From contig OZ316897.1 in the NCBI GenBank assembly GCA_973895155.1, forward strand, positions 372,001-436,000: a stretch of 64,000 bases of DNA, written 5' to 3'. Made by a program: the position numbers and the translations under genes. Within the stretch, counting starts at the first letter, position 1; each line of letters begins with the position of its first letter. Below the pieces are notes generated by a model, which saw only the letters and a program-made list of their open reading frames with translations, did no database searches and was not told the DNA's origin. Source of the stretch: Marsupella aquatica (Eukaryota; Plantae; Marchantiophyta). Positions 1 to 13,562 of the stretch are shown piece after piece.

Positions 1-540
1 AGGGGGGGGGAGAGCCGGGTTGGGCCGGGAAGGGGAGGGGGGTCGGGCCGGGAAGGGGGGGGGGAGAGCCGGGTTGGGCCGGCAAGGGGAGGGGGGTCGG
101 GCCGGGAAGGGGGGGGGGAGAGCCGGGAAGGGGGGGGGAGAGCCGGGTTGGGCCGGGAGGGGGGGGGTCGGGCCGGGAGGGGAGGGGCGGGGCGGGAGAG
201 CCAGGTTGGGCCGGGAGGGGGGGGTTCGGGCCGGGAAGGGGGGGGGAGAGCCGGGTTGGGCCGGGAGGGGGGGTCGGGCCGGGAGGGGAGGGGGGTCGGG
301 CCGGGAAGGGGGGGGGGGAGAGCTGGGTTGGGCCGGGAGGGGGGGTCGGGCCGGGAAGGGGGGGGGAGAGCCGGGTTGGGCCGGGAAGGGGAGGGGGGTC
401 GGGCCGGGCCGGGCCGGGAATAGGCAGCCGGGTCGGGCCGGGAGTGTTAGGAGGAGTCTGGGACCGGGCCGGGAGGGGTCGGGAGAGTTCGGGACCGGGC
501 TGGGGGTGGGTCGGGAATTTTTGGTCCCGGCCGGGGAATA
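1..540. repeat. G-rich degenerate tandem repeat (GGGCCGGG/GGGTCGGG/GGGTTGGG units), probably subterminal repeats of a DNA transposon ending near 636
   Basis: Recurrent gggttgggccggga and gggtcgggccggga motifs, followed by cttgtccgacagtgaaaaccggg (614-636), whose reverse complement resembles 46008-46031. Confidence 0.75.
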
Positions 541-1511
541 TAAGGGAATATTGGACAAATAGACCGTTTGTAGACGGACAAGTTGTCATTTGTCGTGTCG
601 GACAAGGACACATCTTGTCCGACAGTGAAAACCGGGGATAGAAGATTAGTGATGTTGTATTCAATGTTTGGGGGCTTGTGCAGATTGATTGGAGGTTTGA
701 CTCATAATTCTTTTGGTGTGCCTAGGGAGGATTATAGTGAGTATTACAACATACTTCACACTAGGTGTGAGGAGAGTTTACATGAAACATTCAAGCTTGG
801 AGGTAAACATCAAGTGCTAGAGTATTTTTGTAGGGCTCTCATCGTGTGACCAGGTAGGTTTGTATGATTGCATGTTTGTTTGATGATTACAATTTGTATG
901 GATTTTATTAGTTGTGGAAAGGCCCAATGACCTTTGAATTCAATTCTTGAGCCCATTGACCCTTTCTTGAGATGAACATTTTCTTTTTGGTTGCTAGAGA
1001 AGCTTGGGAGAGTTTACAAATTATTTGGCAATCAATAGCAAACTCAACTTTATTACAACACTTGGAATACAGGTTTGATTTCTTTCTATTCTCTCTATAT
1101 GGTTAATACTTGTGATTGCTAATATTTTTGTGTGATAAACCAACATCAAACATTTATGCAGTTCCAAGATTTCACCTCTAGTATATTGATTTCCCGATTT
1201 ATTCGTGATAATTATTTGTGAATAAAAGAAAGTATAAAGTTCTAATTTTCAACATTTTGATATTCAGATCTAAACTTAGTGTACTGTTTGACCAGAAAAT
1301 TGGAGCTTCATATTTGACTTTTCAATGTTTTCTCAAATCTTGACAGATAAAGAAAATGTAAACACTAATACTCTATCTAAGGAGCTTTGCCACAAAGAAA
1401 AGCATAAGAAAACTTAAGCTTGAGAGTTATTTCATTTTGTTCCTTTTCCAATAGAAATAGCAGAAGCAAGATCTACATTTGATACTACTTTTAACATAGC
1501 AAGCCATTACC

Positions 1512-1862
1512 TTAAAAATCAAGAAGATTCCAAGTTAAGCCATCATGATGCACACATTTGCAAGTGTACTTTTTGACCCCAATTGTAATTCTAAAATTAA
1601 TAAGGTTACAAGTTAAGGCATTCTGGTGCACACATCCGCAAGGGTCGGTATACTGTTTGACCCCAATTGTAACTTTGAAATTGATAAGGTTACAAGTTAA
1701 GGCATTCTGGTGCACACATCCGCACGGGTCGGTGTACTGTTTGACCCCAATTGTAACTTTAAAATTGATAAGGTTGCAAATTGAAATTCTTTAGTGAACA
1801 CATCCTTAAGGGTTGGTGTAATGTTTGACCCCAATTGTAACTTTAAAAGCATTTGATAAGGT
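1512..1862. repeat. 84-bp tandem repeat, about 4 copies
   Basis: tttgaccccaattgtaa recurs at 1572, 1656, 1740 and 1824 with similar sequence between copies. Confidence 0.9.
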
Positions 1863-2039
1863 ACAGGAAACTTTTGAAAATTCCCAACACTAAATTAATA
1901 TCATCTGAACATATTTTTTCATCACCATTTTTTCATAATTAAAAACTCAAAGACATGACCTAAATTATGAATGTGGCTTTGACTTACTCAACTTAGGTAA
2001 AGTTGGCTTAGGGTTAGGTTGGCATAGCTAAAGTGGAGG

Positions 2040-2720
2040 TATACCCTTACTAGCTCTTCTTCTCTCAAGAAAATTTCAACTCATTTGGCTAAGTAACTAA
2101 GGTGAAGTCTGTTTGAATCTTAAATCTTAAACTCATTATTGGGAAATTTGTTTGAGCTCAAATATCTAGAGTCCACATATTTCCCCTAGTTTCCTCTCTG
2201 TCTTTGAACATTTTCAGCCCATTTGATTGAGTGACAAAAAATGATAAATCCCACTGATTGGATTGTTTTGGCCCTAACTTAAGCTAGTCGGCTTAGGAAA
2301 GTTGGCTTAGGGTAACATTGGGCTAATTTCAAGTATAGGTACAATTTTGTTTTGAATTCACAAATTTGACCTCAGTTTGAGCTCAAACTTTAAGTACATA
2401 TTCTCCTAGTTTCCTCTTATCTCTCAACAATTTTTTAGCACATCTGGTTAAGTAAGGAGAAAATGCAGAATCACAAAGCTTCAGATAGATTTTGGTTTCT
2501 TGACTTTGATTTGGTCAGTTTAGTCAGAGTAGGCATAAAGTAACTAAGATGGGTTTAAGACAAATATCAATTCATTTTCAACTCACAACTTGGAGAGCTC
2601 AAACTTTTAATTTCCCTTAATATAGATTTCCCTAGCTTTCCTCTATCTTGTAGAGAATTTTCAGCCCATTTGGTAGAGTACAACAAAAATAATTGAAAGT
2701 TTTTAGAGATCCAAGTTGAT
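2040..2720. repeat. Degenerate repeat with a period of roughly 200-230 bp, probably TE-derived
   Basis: The block ttcccctagtttcctct...tttcagcccatttg recurs near 2180, 2400 and 2625, with a weaker copy near 2050. Confidence 0.55.
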
Positions 2721-4811
2721 TTTGGCTTCAACTTAGTTGCCCCATAATACCGACAAATATTTAATTACTTTTTGCCAATTTCTGAGTGACACGCAACTAG
2801 CACATACTTGACATGTGTTACAACTCTCACACACATCACCATTCTTGCATGTGTTTCCATTCTCACCCGGATGACAATTCTAACACGAGTGAGTTTCTTG
2901 TTCATCAATCCACGTTTCACAATTCTCATCATTGATCAATAAACATCAATGGTTAAGATTGACTTGTTGTCTTATTTTATTGCCCCAAGTACTATGCAAG
3001 TTTCTATTTAAATTTGGTATCAAATGTGTATCATTCCTGCACATGAACCAGACATTTTCTTCACGCTTGTCACACGAGTGTCTTCAACCATCACACGAGT
3101 GTTAAGGCATGTTGCACAATCGGATATGAATTAATTGTTGATGTGGAATTTTCTTTGAATTTTAAAATTTGCAAGAGTCTCTAACTGGACCCATAATGAA
3201 CACTAGGTGGGCAGGGAAGGGGTCCCTTATGTGGGCACCTGTGGTTTTGGGGGCTGAATGAAGTCCAGCCACAGTTCTCAAAGTAGTGAGGGGGCTTGGG
3301 GGCTTACAGTAACTTTGGGCTGGCCACCACCCTGTGGCTGCAGGGTTTCATGGCCTCATTAGTGTTTGCTTTCTCTGGTTGGTTTGGCCTCGGGTTTGGC
3401 TGTCCGTCTGGGTGTGGTTTTGTGTACTCTCCCTCCTGGGGCGGCTTTTGCCCCTGGGGGTCTTGTATAGGATGATGCAGGTCTGGTCTGGGCTTACTAG
3501 CCTGTAACCTTGTGACCAGAAATGAAGAAAATCTAACCTAGGATAGTTGTGGAGTTTTCTTGAGTGCTCATGGAGCAGGGTTAATTCAGGCTAGAACCTC
3601 TGCCCAAATATGTTATTTCATTACATAATGTCTGTCAGGAAAAAGGTTCTTTTAGGGCAACAGATTATGGGATTAGTAAGGGACTCCACAAATATTTACA
3701 GCCCGTAACCTGCCTTCTTTACAGAACTTACGTGTTTTGAGCTACCTCCCCCTCAACCCCCCTCCCCCTCTTTACAGACCCCATTAGGGGTCCTTTCCAA
3801 AATTCCTGGCTCCACAGCACGCCACATCATCATGGCACATTGCAAACAAGAAGAGACTTGTTTTTGGATAGAATTAATTTCTGCATTCGTGTTTGTGATA
3901 ACTTTGCTGTAAATTCTGGGACACCATGCCGTAAAAAAGTATGTAAAAAAAGCTGACATACAAATCAAACAATAAAAAGATTGAGGTAAAACTTCTCCCA
4001 GTAACAGTTTTATTTACATTTTGATTTTATTCAAAGCATGAAATTTTCCCGGCAGCAGTTTTTATTTGGTATTACTGAGTCAAATCATAATGAAAACTCT
4101 AATATGGCATTGGAAAGATCTTGAAGAGACTGTCCTAATGAGCTCAGCACTATCATCATTCAATAAGAATTGAGTAAGTAATTTGAAAAATAGATTTTTC
4201 CCTTGATTTTATAATCTCTAACGTGAATATAAATCTTTGTTGTATAACCCCTAAAATGTTGACCCCTTCCATGAGAATGAAACTAAAATTGACAGATTTT
4301 ATCGAGTAGTAAGGAGATTATGAATTGTAAAATTTCTTTAGTTTTTTTAATGAACTTAACATTGATAGATTTAGTTGAGTTTTGAGGAGATTATAAGTTT
4401 CCAATGTTCTCCAATTTTCCAATGAGTGTGACACTAGTTCATATTACAACTAGTTTTGTGATTGATGTTAATTATGGTTGCCATGGTAAGCTTGACAAAT
4501 GTTTCAACTGTAAATCAAATATTGACTTGTCCATTTTTGATTTTTTTTTTCTTTAGAATTGGAGATCCAACTAGGTTTCAATTTCTAGATAACTGTCTCT
4601 AAAATAACATGGAGTCCACACTGATTAATTTGGGGAAAATTAAAAAATCCAATGGCATTGGCTGATCAGAGGCTTGGTGACAGGCTTGGTGACAGTTGGA
4701 TGAAGCATGTCCTCAACCATTGTTAAGTGTTTAAGAAGTGACATCAACTTCATAATCTAGCGATGAAAATAATAGTAGGGAGATTTAGACCAGTTCCTGC
4801 TCAGAACCTTG

Positions 4812-5216
4812 GGGTGGCGACACCTGCATGCAACAGTCTGAGCCCTACGACTTCCTGGCCATGGAAAAATGCTCGAGTCCCAATTTGAGATGCGAGAACT
4901 GTGAACGATCCAACGAAACGAGGAGGAAAGCTATGGCATTCTCCAACCACGAGGTGGCGACAGGTGCATGCAAGACGGTACTCTCGTTCCGATGACAAAT
5001 GTTGCCCCGCCCGCGGCGTGCTAATGAGATTGTCGCACGATGGCTGTCGACTCATGCAAGCCACGTGCACCTCATCCCGTCCCCACGAATCCTCTCCAAA
5101 AGTCTGCCTTTCCTCCTCGCAATCTGTCGAGGCTCAATTCCGCACCAACATGTAGATCGGCTCGAGCAATCCGGCCGACACTTGGCGTCCCCTTCTTCTA
5201 TCTTTTTCGTATATAA
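4812..5216 (+). promoter_or_regulatory. ABA/desiccation-type promoter: RY elements, G-box/ABRE, DRE core and TATA box
   Basis: CATGCA at 4827, 4967 and 5053, CACGTG at 5062 (gccacgtg), GCCGAC at 5174 overlapping gacacttggc, and TATATAA at 5210, all upstream of the ATG at 5373. Confidence 0.65.
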
Positions 5217-5372
5217 TGTCCCTCGCCACCGCATTGTCCTCAAATTGCAATCAAAACTACTCTTTTATTCTCCGACTGAATCGAGATCAGGATCACCTCA
5301 CTGACTGTCACAGATAGAGTTCATCATCCCCCTTCTTGAGTTGAAGCAAATCGTGTAATCGCCGCTGTCAAA

Positions 5373-6595
5373 ATGGCCACTGTGAACGCATCAATGGCGG
5401 TGTTGGGAGCTACTCAGGTTGCTGTGGCCAAGGCCACCAGCAGCACCGACGGGTTGGCTTCAAAGAATTCCGTGTCATTTAGGAATGGCCGTGTGCCGTC
5501 CATGGCCTTTGTTCGCGCTCGATCTGTGCGACCTCTTTCTGTGCGGGCGGGCGGCATTGAGGACTTGGTAAGTAGTTCGTTCGGTTCGTATAGTGTACAC
5601 AATCTTCTGTGGCTACTGTCAGTGCCGTTGTATCTCACGTTTGGGACTTTTAGTATCTGCCGCAATTTTGCTTTCTATGAATGGAGGCTGGGACTTTTTG
5701 TATCTGTCGCAATTTTGCTCTCTATGAATGGAGGGTGCATCTGCTGTGAATGTGTCGTTGCGGTAGTGCGAATGCGCGCGCCGTTAGTGAGTGGCGAACC
5801 GTTACTATATAGTCTCCTCGATTTTCATTTACTGTATGCTGGTGTTCGCGAAAATAGTCCTGAACTATTGGCACTGATTAAGCGATAGAACTAGAAGATG
5901 CACGCGAACCAAATTTACATATATTGTCCCTTTCAATCTACCTCTCAGTATAGACGATATCCTGAGCATTTGAAGTTCTCCAATGTCACATTGCCCTGTT
6001 ATGGGTTTAATCATCTTGAATACCTGAGCTAATTACACTGCGTTTTTGGCTTTGCAGCCTGACATGTCACCAGACTCGCCAAGCTCCACTGGTGGAATCA
6101 CCGAGAAGGCCAAGGAAATAGCCGAGAAGACAGCCGCAGTTTTCGACGGCGTCAAAGAAGATATTGACGTAAGTTTTCCTGCGAAGTTGCAGCATCATTG
6201 CTTACATGTGACATTCAACTCCTATTTCCACAACGGTAAAGATAGTTCATATATATTTTTGCAGCTATGCATGTCACATGTGGAGTATCTGGGAATTGGA
6301 AAGTCTCGTCCGAGAAGTAAATCTGGATAATTATTCCCACAGCATCAAAAGTTCATCTGCGTATGAGCTTAAATATGCCAAACATAGAAAGTTTGACCGA
6401 TTCTAATTGAAGTAACTTGTATTTTATTGTTCTGTACAGAGCAAGTTGAAAGACAACGGACGAGACTTGAGGAGCAAGACCGGGGACGTTGTATATGGTG
6501 CGCAGAGAAACGCCGCCGGCGTGGGTAACGATATTGTGGAGAAAACTAACGAGGCGCAGACCAAGTATACCAAGGGATTGGGAAAGAAAGAGTGA
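5373..6595 (+). CDS. Plastid-targeted LEA/COR-like hydrophilic protein, 153 aa; exons 5373-5567, 6058-6168, 6440-6595
   Basis: Ala/Ser/Arg-rich transit peptide ending LSVRA, canonical phase-0 GT-AG introns, mature part ITEKAKEIAEKTAAVFDGVKEDIDSKLKDNGRDLRSKTGDVV typical of helical LEA proteins, stop TGA at 6593-6595. Confidence 0.8.
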
Positions 6596-8559
6596 ATATG
6601 AAACGCATCCTGCCAATATGAAATGCGTGTTCTCTTTAAAGAAAAGCTGAACACTGTTTCAAGCGCTGGTAGAAGTTCGTTTTCTCGAAGCTAATGTAAA
6701 TGTCCAGCTGACTGTACACTAAATTTTCTTGTCGATTGTTATGAAGTAGACAGATGTAAAACAGATCGGTTGAGCAACGATGCAACCACGATGTAAACGT
6801 ATATTGGCAGTGGCTGATATGTAGTATTGCCTCCTTACGGTACATGTAATTTATACCACTGCACACATGTGGAGAAAAATGGTATCTCTCCACGCTCAGT
6901 TCATATGTAATAAACGACTCCAGTTCGAACTTTCATAGTGACCGTTATTCTCGAATGGAATGGAACCTTGGAATGATGATTGTTTCTCGAAAATCACGTC
7001 AAATAGAATGAACGTTTGATATTTACATGTGTTTTCGTTTTTAATATACACTCCTTTTTTCATGACAGATTGTTCGCTATATACCCATCACTGCAATTTT
7101 TTCCATGATAGATTGGTCATTGGATATCCCTCATGGCAAATTGAACACATCAATTCATGGACATGTAACAATTTTTTAAATTACATTCATGAACTGTAAA
7201 CCCAATCTAATATCAAATTGAACATATTAATTGATGGACACTGTTGAATAGTTCTTTGCACATTGTTTGTAATAGACCCATCATGTCAAACTGAACATGT
7301 CAAACTGAACACTGCACTGTCAACAATGCTTTTAAATTAGTTTCGAGTACTAAAATTCGATATATATTCCAAAAGATACTTTAATACTATTTCAATGAAA
7401 AATACATGGGAAAATCACCTAATGACTTTAAACCCATCATGCAAAATTCAGTTTTACACAGAAATAAAATCAATTTTCTTAATACATATATGAACAAATT
7501 TTGAAAAACCTAAATCTTTTTAATTACGCAAAGAAAAAATTAATTGCAGTACACTTTTTCGGTAATCTCTCCAAATTATTACACATTTAAATGAATTTTC
7601 CATAACTACTGAGAGTATACTCTCAACAATACTTTCGATATACTCCCAACTTGTCATTATCCACTCCTGCGCTGCAAAACAGCTGTGAAATATATAGAGG
7701 AACATGCTAAATCTATGGATAAATTTTAACCGCTAATATTGACTCTGCAGAATACATTCACTGTAGCAAATACCAGTTACATGACAAAAATTTGAAACCT
7801 TGAGTCTGCTTCAGATTATAACCTTCACCCTTACTGCTAAAAGTTAACAAGTATAAAGATGAAACTCGTGATTTAACTTCAGATATAAAAATCACTCAAA
7901 CATAAAGCCGCGACAATGAAGCTTACATGCACTAGGCGTTCACTTTGACTACGAAACTTGGATGAACTTGCTCAAACATTAGAACTGACTCAAATAACAT
8001 TGTTTGCACTTTGAATGAAGTGTGACCCGTAAACAATTTTCTTACATTTGTCTAGTTTAACTACATTACCGAACAGTACCTTGGAAGACTCGACGACCTT
8101 CAACCTGAAAGTTGTCAAGACAGCATTCAAAATCACCATGTCGTTTTCCTTATTTTGTCCCCAAGGTAATCAAATTCATCAATTGCAATTCACTGCCAGT
8201 TCCTTTTTAAATTTGGTGTAAAAATGACATGCTTTACGCAGTCCATGCATGGGGATGGGCACGGACAATGCATCCGGGCTCTTGTTAATTAATCACTCGT
8301 TGTATTGACTCCAGACATAATATCGAATTGCATTCGATATTATTAATAAAAATTGGATAATTCTCTCGTGATATGTTTCTACACCATTCTATATTAATTC
8401 TATTTATCTGCCCAATGATGCCATGTACACACTTTGCATGTAGATAAACGTAAAAGGTAGTCAAACTTGAGAACCAAAACTGTCCTTTCATTTTCATTGA
8501 ATCAGAATAATCACGGAAAAGTGCTGTGCGTGCCATTGTTTCTTTCTGCGATCCCAAAA

Positions 8560-11500
8560 CTATAAGCTGAAGGAACCCCTATGAAACAGTCTGTAGTGCT
8601 TTTTCAAGCTAAAAGATAGGTCAATTGTGGCACGAAACGCACTGAACGCCTTTTGTAGAAGAGATGCAAGCTCAACGTTATGGCGCCAGTAAATCCATGA
8701 CGAATTGGAATTTGCCCACTCAAATCTACCTCGACCACTGGTAAAACAAAATTCCCCGTCAGACAAGCCAGGAGTAATCTTGCAATCAGACAGCTGTGAT
8801 GTTGGAGAGATAATATCACACAGCTGCTCAGTGTCAGCGAGGCATTCAAGTATGCACGACCTGAGGTCAGGAAATGGATGATACCTCACAGGCGATGAAA
8901 GCCATATTGGTCAATCTGGAGTTTGCTTAATCATAACGTATGTACCAAGATCCCCCAGTCGGACTGTCAGAACCCCAGACTGCAAAAAAGTATATCACGA
9001 AATAATTCAGGACTCCTATTGAGGAATGTCCCGTGAACTCGATAAAGTTGATTCAACTAGGTTCAGAATTAAACATTGCTTGAGGAAGAGCATCCTCACC
9101 TACCAGAGAACTGTTGTATTTTAGCTACTTGGGATTGTTGTCTTACTGCCAGTACGTAACCGAGCAAGTTCATCACCTCTGTTCAGGTTTACTCTGTATT
9201 GCTAGCTTCTACTCCCATTCATGCCTATCCGACAGTGTTTATTATTCTGAGAGTGGCACGGCTAATACATGTTTACGAATTTAAAATTTCGTCACTTACA
9301 CAGCAATGTCCAAATCAAATCCATCGACGTTTAGATGTTCTCCATAAACCTGCAGATTCGAAAAATGTTCATCAGTAACCTCTCCTTACAAAGATTCAAC
9401 GCTCAGACAAAACGGTAGCGCTGTGTACCACCAAACATGGTCAAGGGCTTAACGTTTGCGAAAGAAATAAACCCAATCCAAATCTCGCATTTCTTAAAAA
9501 TATGTGAAACAATTCCAAGAGTTCAGGTACTAGAATATGCATGTCATTTTTTAATCAACTTAGACCTACACATGGGACTAATCAATTCGTTTTACGGTCA
9601 ACTTCTGCCTTCCGAGGCCTCAGCAACAGCCATATGTTGTCCTCATTCCTGACCAATTATTCTCATAACTGATCTCAGACGGTAATTCCAATAAGAATCT
9701 TCATTGGCCCCACAGCAGAGGGAAAATTGGGGGGCAGTAACAAGTTCCATAATGGTGAACACATCAACCAACTGAAGATCATCATGAGCTACATTCTAAG
9801 TTGCTCAGAACCCCATCCCACGACTACAGAATTGCTAGAGGAAGTCAAGGGAAACAAGATAGGTGAATTACCTCTATCTTGTCCTGCAAGTGATAAAGGA
9901 CATCGTTAGCAAGTTCATAAAAACGATCCTCCTCCAGGAAGGAGCTAGAAGTCACAGCATCATAGAGTCAACGTGCAGCGATATGAAGGTCCGATCAGCA
10001 TACGACTTTACTGCGTTGCCACTGCAATACATACATGAGACTCTCTTCAGGAAAAGAAAGAATGAAAGCAACAGCTGAAGGAAATCATGGAAAAAAGGTA
10101 ACACGTGCATGAGCTACGACTTGGACACATCAGATTTTCAACGCGGGACAGATTAGATTTCAAAAGAACTTTCTACTTTTGAACTCTATGGTTTCAGCCC
10201 ATGTCTTGAGAAACACCTACTTGTTGGCGCGGTGGAGGGAAGCATAAACTAGATTGACGCAAACCTTTCTCGCGAAACGCTGGGAAATGAGAGCTAGATT
10301 ACTTTCGGAACAAGAACTGCAAACCAGAACCCCTGATCCCAACTTTTATGGGGTTCAGAAAATCCGGCGATGTCATAATTCGGTATTGAAATCCGGCATA
10401 TATGTTTTGCATCAAGTGACCTGTGAGCTCATGATCAGGGCTCTCAGGTATCTGTGAGACAATAGTTTAATCTAGATCCATCTTTTTTTTCTGAGGCCGC
10501 ATGGGATGTGGAGAACAATTTCCAGCCGTGCAACTTCATTTCAAAAGATAACATTCTTTTGAAACAGATGAATCATTTAATGGAGACTCCCAAATTTCGA
10601 CTAGACAAACCGGAAGGGACTGTAGACCGACATGATGGCAGTTTTGGTTTCTGTGCAAATGACGTTAAAGGAGCAAACTTCCCAGGCTCCCTCTATGCGA
10701 TACAGCTTCTACTTCAAGATGATGGATAGCCTGTGAGAGCAAACGTCAGCACGACTCGGCAACGGAGATTTCCCGGAAGACGTTAGAGAATCGAAAACAC
10801 ACATAAAACAATTGTGCGCAACATTATGAACCAAAAGACCACAAGGATGTCCCAGGCTTCTGTAGATGCGACAAAAGGCTCTCTATCAGTCTAACTTTTA
10901 CATGGAGTACATCAAAGATGCCAAGAGGCTCTCCACTCCAGATGAACAAGTAGACCTTCCAAAATGAACACGGACAGCAACACGATATCAACTACCAGCG
11001 AATCACCGCAAAAATGAGCAAGACCTCTTTTATGATCCACGTTCAACAAAAAGGCTATTTCGTGGAGAGAGCAACTACGTAAATTCAGACGTTCCCATTG
11101 CAGCAAGGAATCAAAAAAAAGGTTCTTTTGACGATGGTTCCTGTCTCTACCATCTCTGTTGAACATTACCTTCACTTTCACCTGAGACAAACATCATTTA
11201 CGGTCTACATTCATCCAAATGACTACGTCGAGCAATAAGCAGCTAGATGCTCAGTTTCAAACAGTTTAGCTCCAGAGAGCTAAAAGAGGCAGATTTCATA
11301 CGGCAAGGCATCATTCTCAAATTTGCGAGCAGTGCTTCCGATTCGTACCATCTTCATTGGCTATAACAGTTTCCCTCTCTCAGCTGATACAACCGTTCCA
11401 ATACCAATGCCCGAAGGAAAAGCAAAGACGCGGTGTACAGTACCTGTAATCCACGGCAACAGGTTCTTGGACGTCCTCTGCATCATCCTTGTCCACCCTT

Positions 11501-11778
11501 TGGACTGTAAGCTGAAACCCTCCTACGCATTCCTCCATGCAGAAACAGGTACTCCTCTGCCGTGGTGCAAACTAAATCGACTCCGGAACAGTTCCACCAC
11601 ACCAGTGCCGTGCCCCGTGGGACGAGATCTCCTTATGACAATCGAATGTCGGCTTCTGCGCGGCAAGCGTCCTGATCTCGGTGGTCCAAGACCAGACAGG
11701 CGCACCGAAAGCCGTATCCCAGTTTAGGGTTGATACAATTCGCTGCCACAATGGTCTCGGCCATCCATCAAGCCCCAT
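8560..11778 (-). pseudogene. FH: Frataxin homolog with premature stops; exons about 11778-11444, 9944-9872, 9349-9302, 8979-8885, 8737-8560
   Basis: Spliced translation [84 protein letters not shown] matches plant frataxin. In-frame stops are TGA at 8913-8911 and TAG at 11574-11572. Confidence 0.85.
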
Positions 11779-13431
11779 AGCCCAAAATAATACCTCACCA
11801 CACTCGTTTCATGTAAAATGAAAAGGACTCGTGACAAGGAGTACTGTGTTCTAAAAGTTGCAAAATAAGCTACTCTCCTGAAGCGTCTCTCAGGCCTACC
11901 GTCAGCATTTCAAACAAACCGTGCTGAAAATGTGAGACCCTCATTCAAAATGAGGCTTGAGGGCTGCCATCCGTGCGTGCCTGCTGCGCGACATCTTTGA
12001 TAGAAAAGAGCTCGGTGGGCCGCTTCCGCAGCGCACTCGCTTCCATCATTCACGTGAATCCTTCCAATTCAACAGAAATGAGACGATGGATCTGCGAGCT
12101 AGGCAGAGAGCCAGAGACGGTGTGCAACAGCAAAACTCAGCAAGAAGCACTGAAGAGGATCCTTTGACAGCATAGGACATTAGAGTAATGAACCTCTATT
12201 AGAGGTATTAACCATTAGAGGTTCTAGGGCCAATCAGGTTCCTTTGTTAGACCCCCCCCCGGCCATGCAGTTCTCACTCAGGAGCTTAGACCCCCATGTA
12301 GTTCACTCCGGAGCTCTACCAAGCTTTGCAGTTTGCTGACAATTAGGGCACTTGGTTCTTTGTTTTTCTTTGTTTTGTGTTTGTTTTTTTAGGCTGTTGG
12401 GGTTCTCTTGTGGCCTCCCCTTGATTGAGTCTTTGCCTGTGGGATCCTGTCTCCTGTATGCCAGCTTTCTTGTAGTTTGATCTATATAATTAGCCACCTC
12501 TATTTTTGCTGTTCTCCATAGGCTTTTCTCATCATAGAGAACTCATTCTACTCAAAGCTGGAATCTTACACTTATGGGACTTTGGCAGTAAAGATTTCAT
12601 GGTAGCCCTACCATTAGTAGTAAGACAAGTTCTTTTGAGTTTTTGATTCAAATTCTATGAAACTTCCATTGCAGACACAAGTTGAGGTTATCTTGTAGCC
12701 AAAAGTTAAAGATCACTTGGGGAGGTGTCCTTAATATGTTTATGGTCATTTCCTCAACAAGAGAGTTACAGACCCTCACAAGACAAGCTTTATGACATCG
12801 AAGAGTTCAATGTGGCCACAAACAAAGGGGTTGGTAAAGTTGGGTCTCCCAGAATCAATCAAAGCCAACCTTTTGGCAACTAGCAACTACGGCAAAATCA
12901 GTGGACCCCTCTCCTTGTAGCTAGGAAGGAGCTAGAACAAAGCGACAGTCCAACCCAAAACAATTGCCACCATGCATGCTTGTCATCTTAAACGAGAACT
13001 GTGCTAGAAGTGTAGGGTGAATCTTGGACAGACGTAGAAAATAGATGGCCTTTACTTGGTGCACAAATAGCCTTAAAATAAGCCAGGGGGATTGACTACT
13101 GAAATATACTCACTATAGTAAACAATCCTGTCTTTTTGTGCTCATTGTCTGCTTACAAAATCCACTTTTGGAGGGAACTCATTATGACCATTGGATTTAA
13201 AACTTAAATTTTCCTGCCCATCATATCTGTGTAAGGAAGAACAAAGAGTTTGTCCTAGCCTGAGGCACAGAAGGGCTTCCACCCACACCTAAACTCAAAG
13301 TGGCTTTACAAGAACTTGGGGGCAACAATTCCTTTTTCTCTAAGTGAGAGATGCAATCCTAGCCATTCATATGTGGGAACTGGTCACACTTCACTTTACT
13401 TTACGTGAACTTGGGGGCACAATGAACCAAA

Positions 13432-13489
13432 AGCATTACCGAACCTAGTCATCTATCACTAGCATTACCGAACCTAGTCATCTATCACT
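13432..13489. repeat. Perfect 29-bp tandem duplication
   Basis: agcattaccgaacctagtcatctatcact occurs twice in tandem. Confidence 0.95.
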
Positions 13490-13562
13490 GGCCCCTTGTG
13501 GGTCCCTTTTTTGTTGATGTGTGCAAGCTTTTTTGTCAAAAACTTAGACCTCCTCTTGAGGT

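Noticed and set aside
20-562. 180-aa Gly/Arg-rich ORF and overlapping ORFs
   Set aside because: They are translations of a G-rich repeat that lacks stop codons, starting from non-ATG codons.
1512-1862. Regularly spaced repeats resembling a CRISPR array
   Set aside because: The whole 84-bp unit repeats, with no unique spacers and no cas genes, in a eukaryotic context.
5568-5888. Hydrophobic C-terminal half of the 171-aa ORF at 5373
   Set aside because: It is read-through into intron 1, which has a strong GTAAGT donor at 5568 and in-phase downstream exons.
8911-8913. Frataxin TGA as selenocysteine, readthrough or U-to-C editing
   Set aside because: There is a second stop and several conserved-residue changes. 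The gene is nuclear, and C-to-T decay of CGA is the simpler explanation.
12300-13400. Possible old LINE remnants (also near 3180-3540 and 23400-23800)
   Set aside because: The composition is suggestive but no diagnostic motif could be read.
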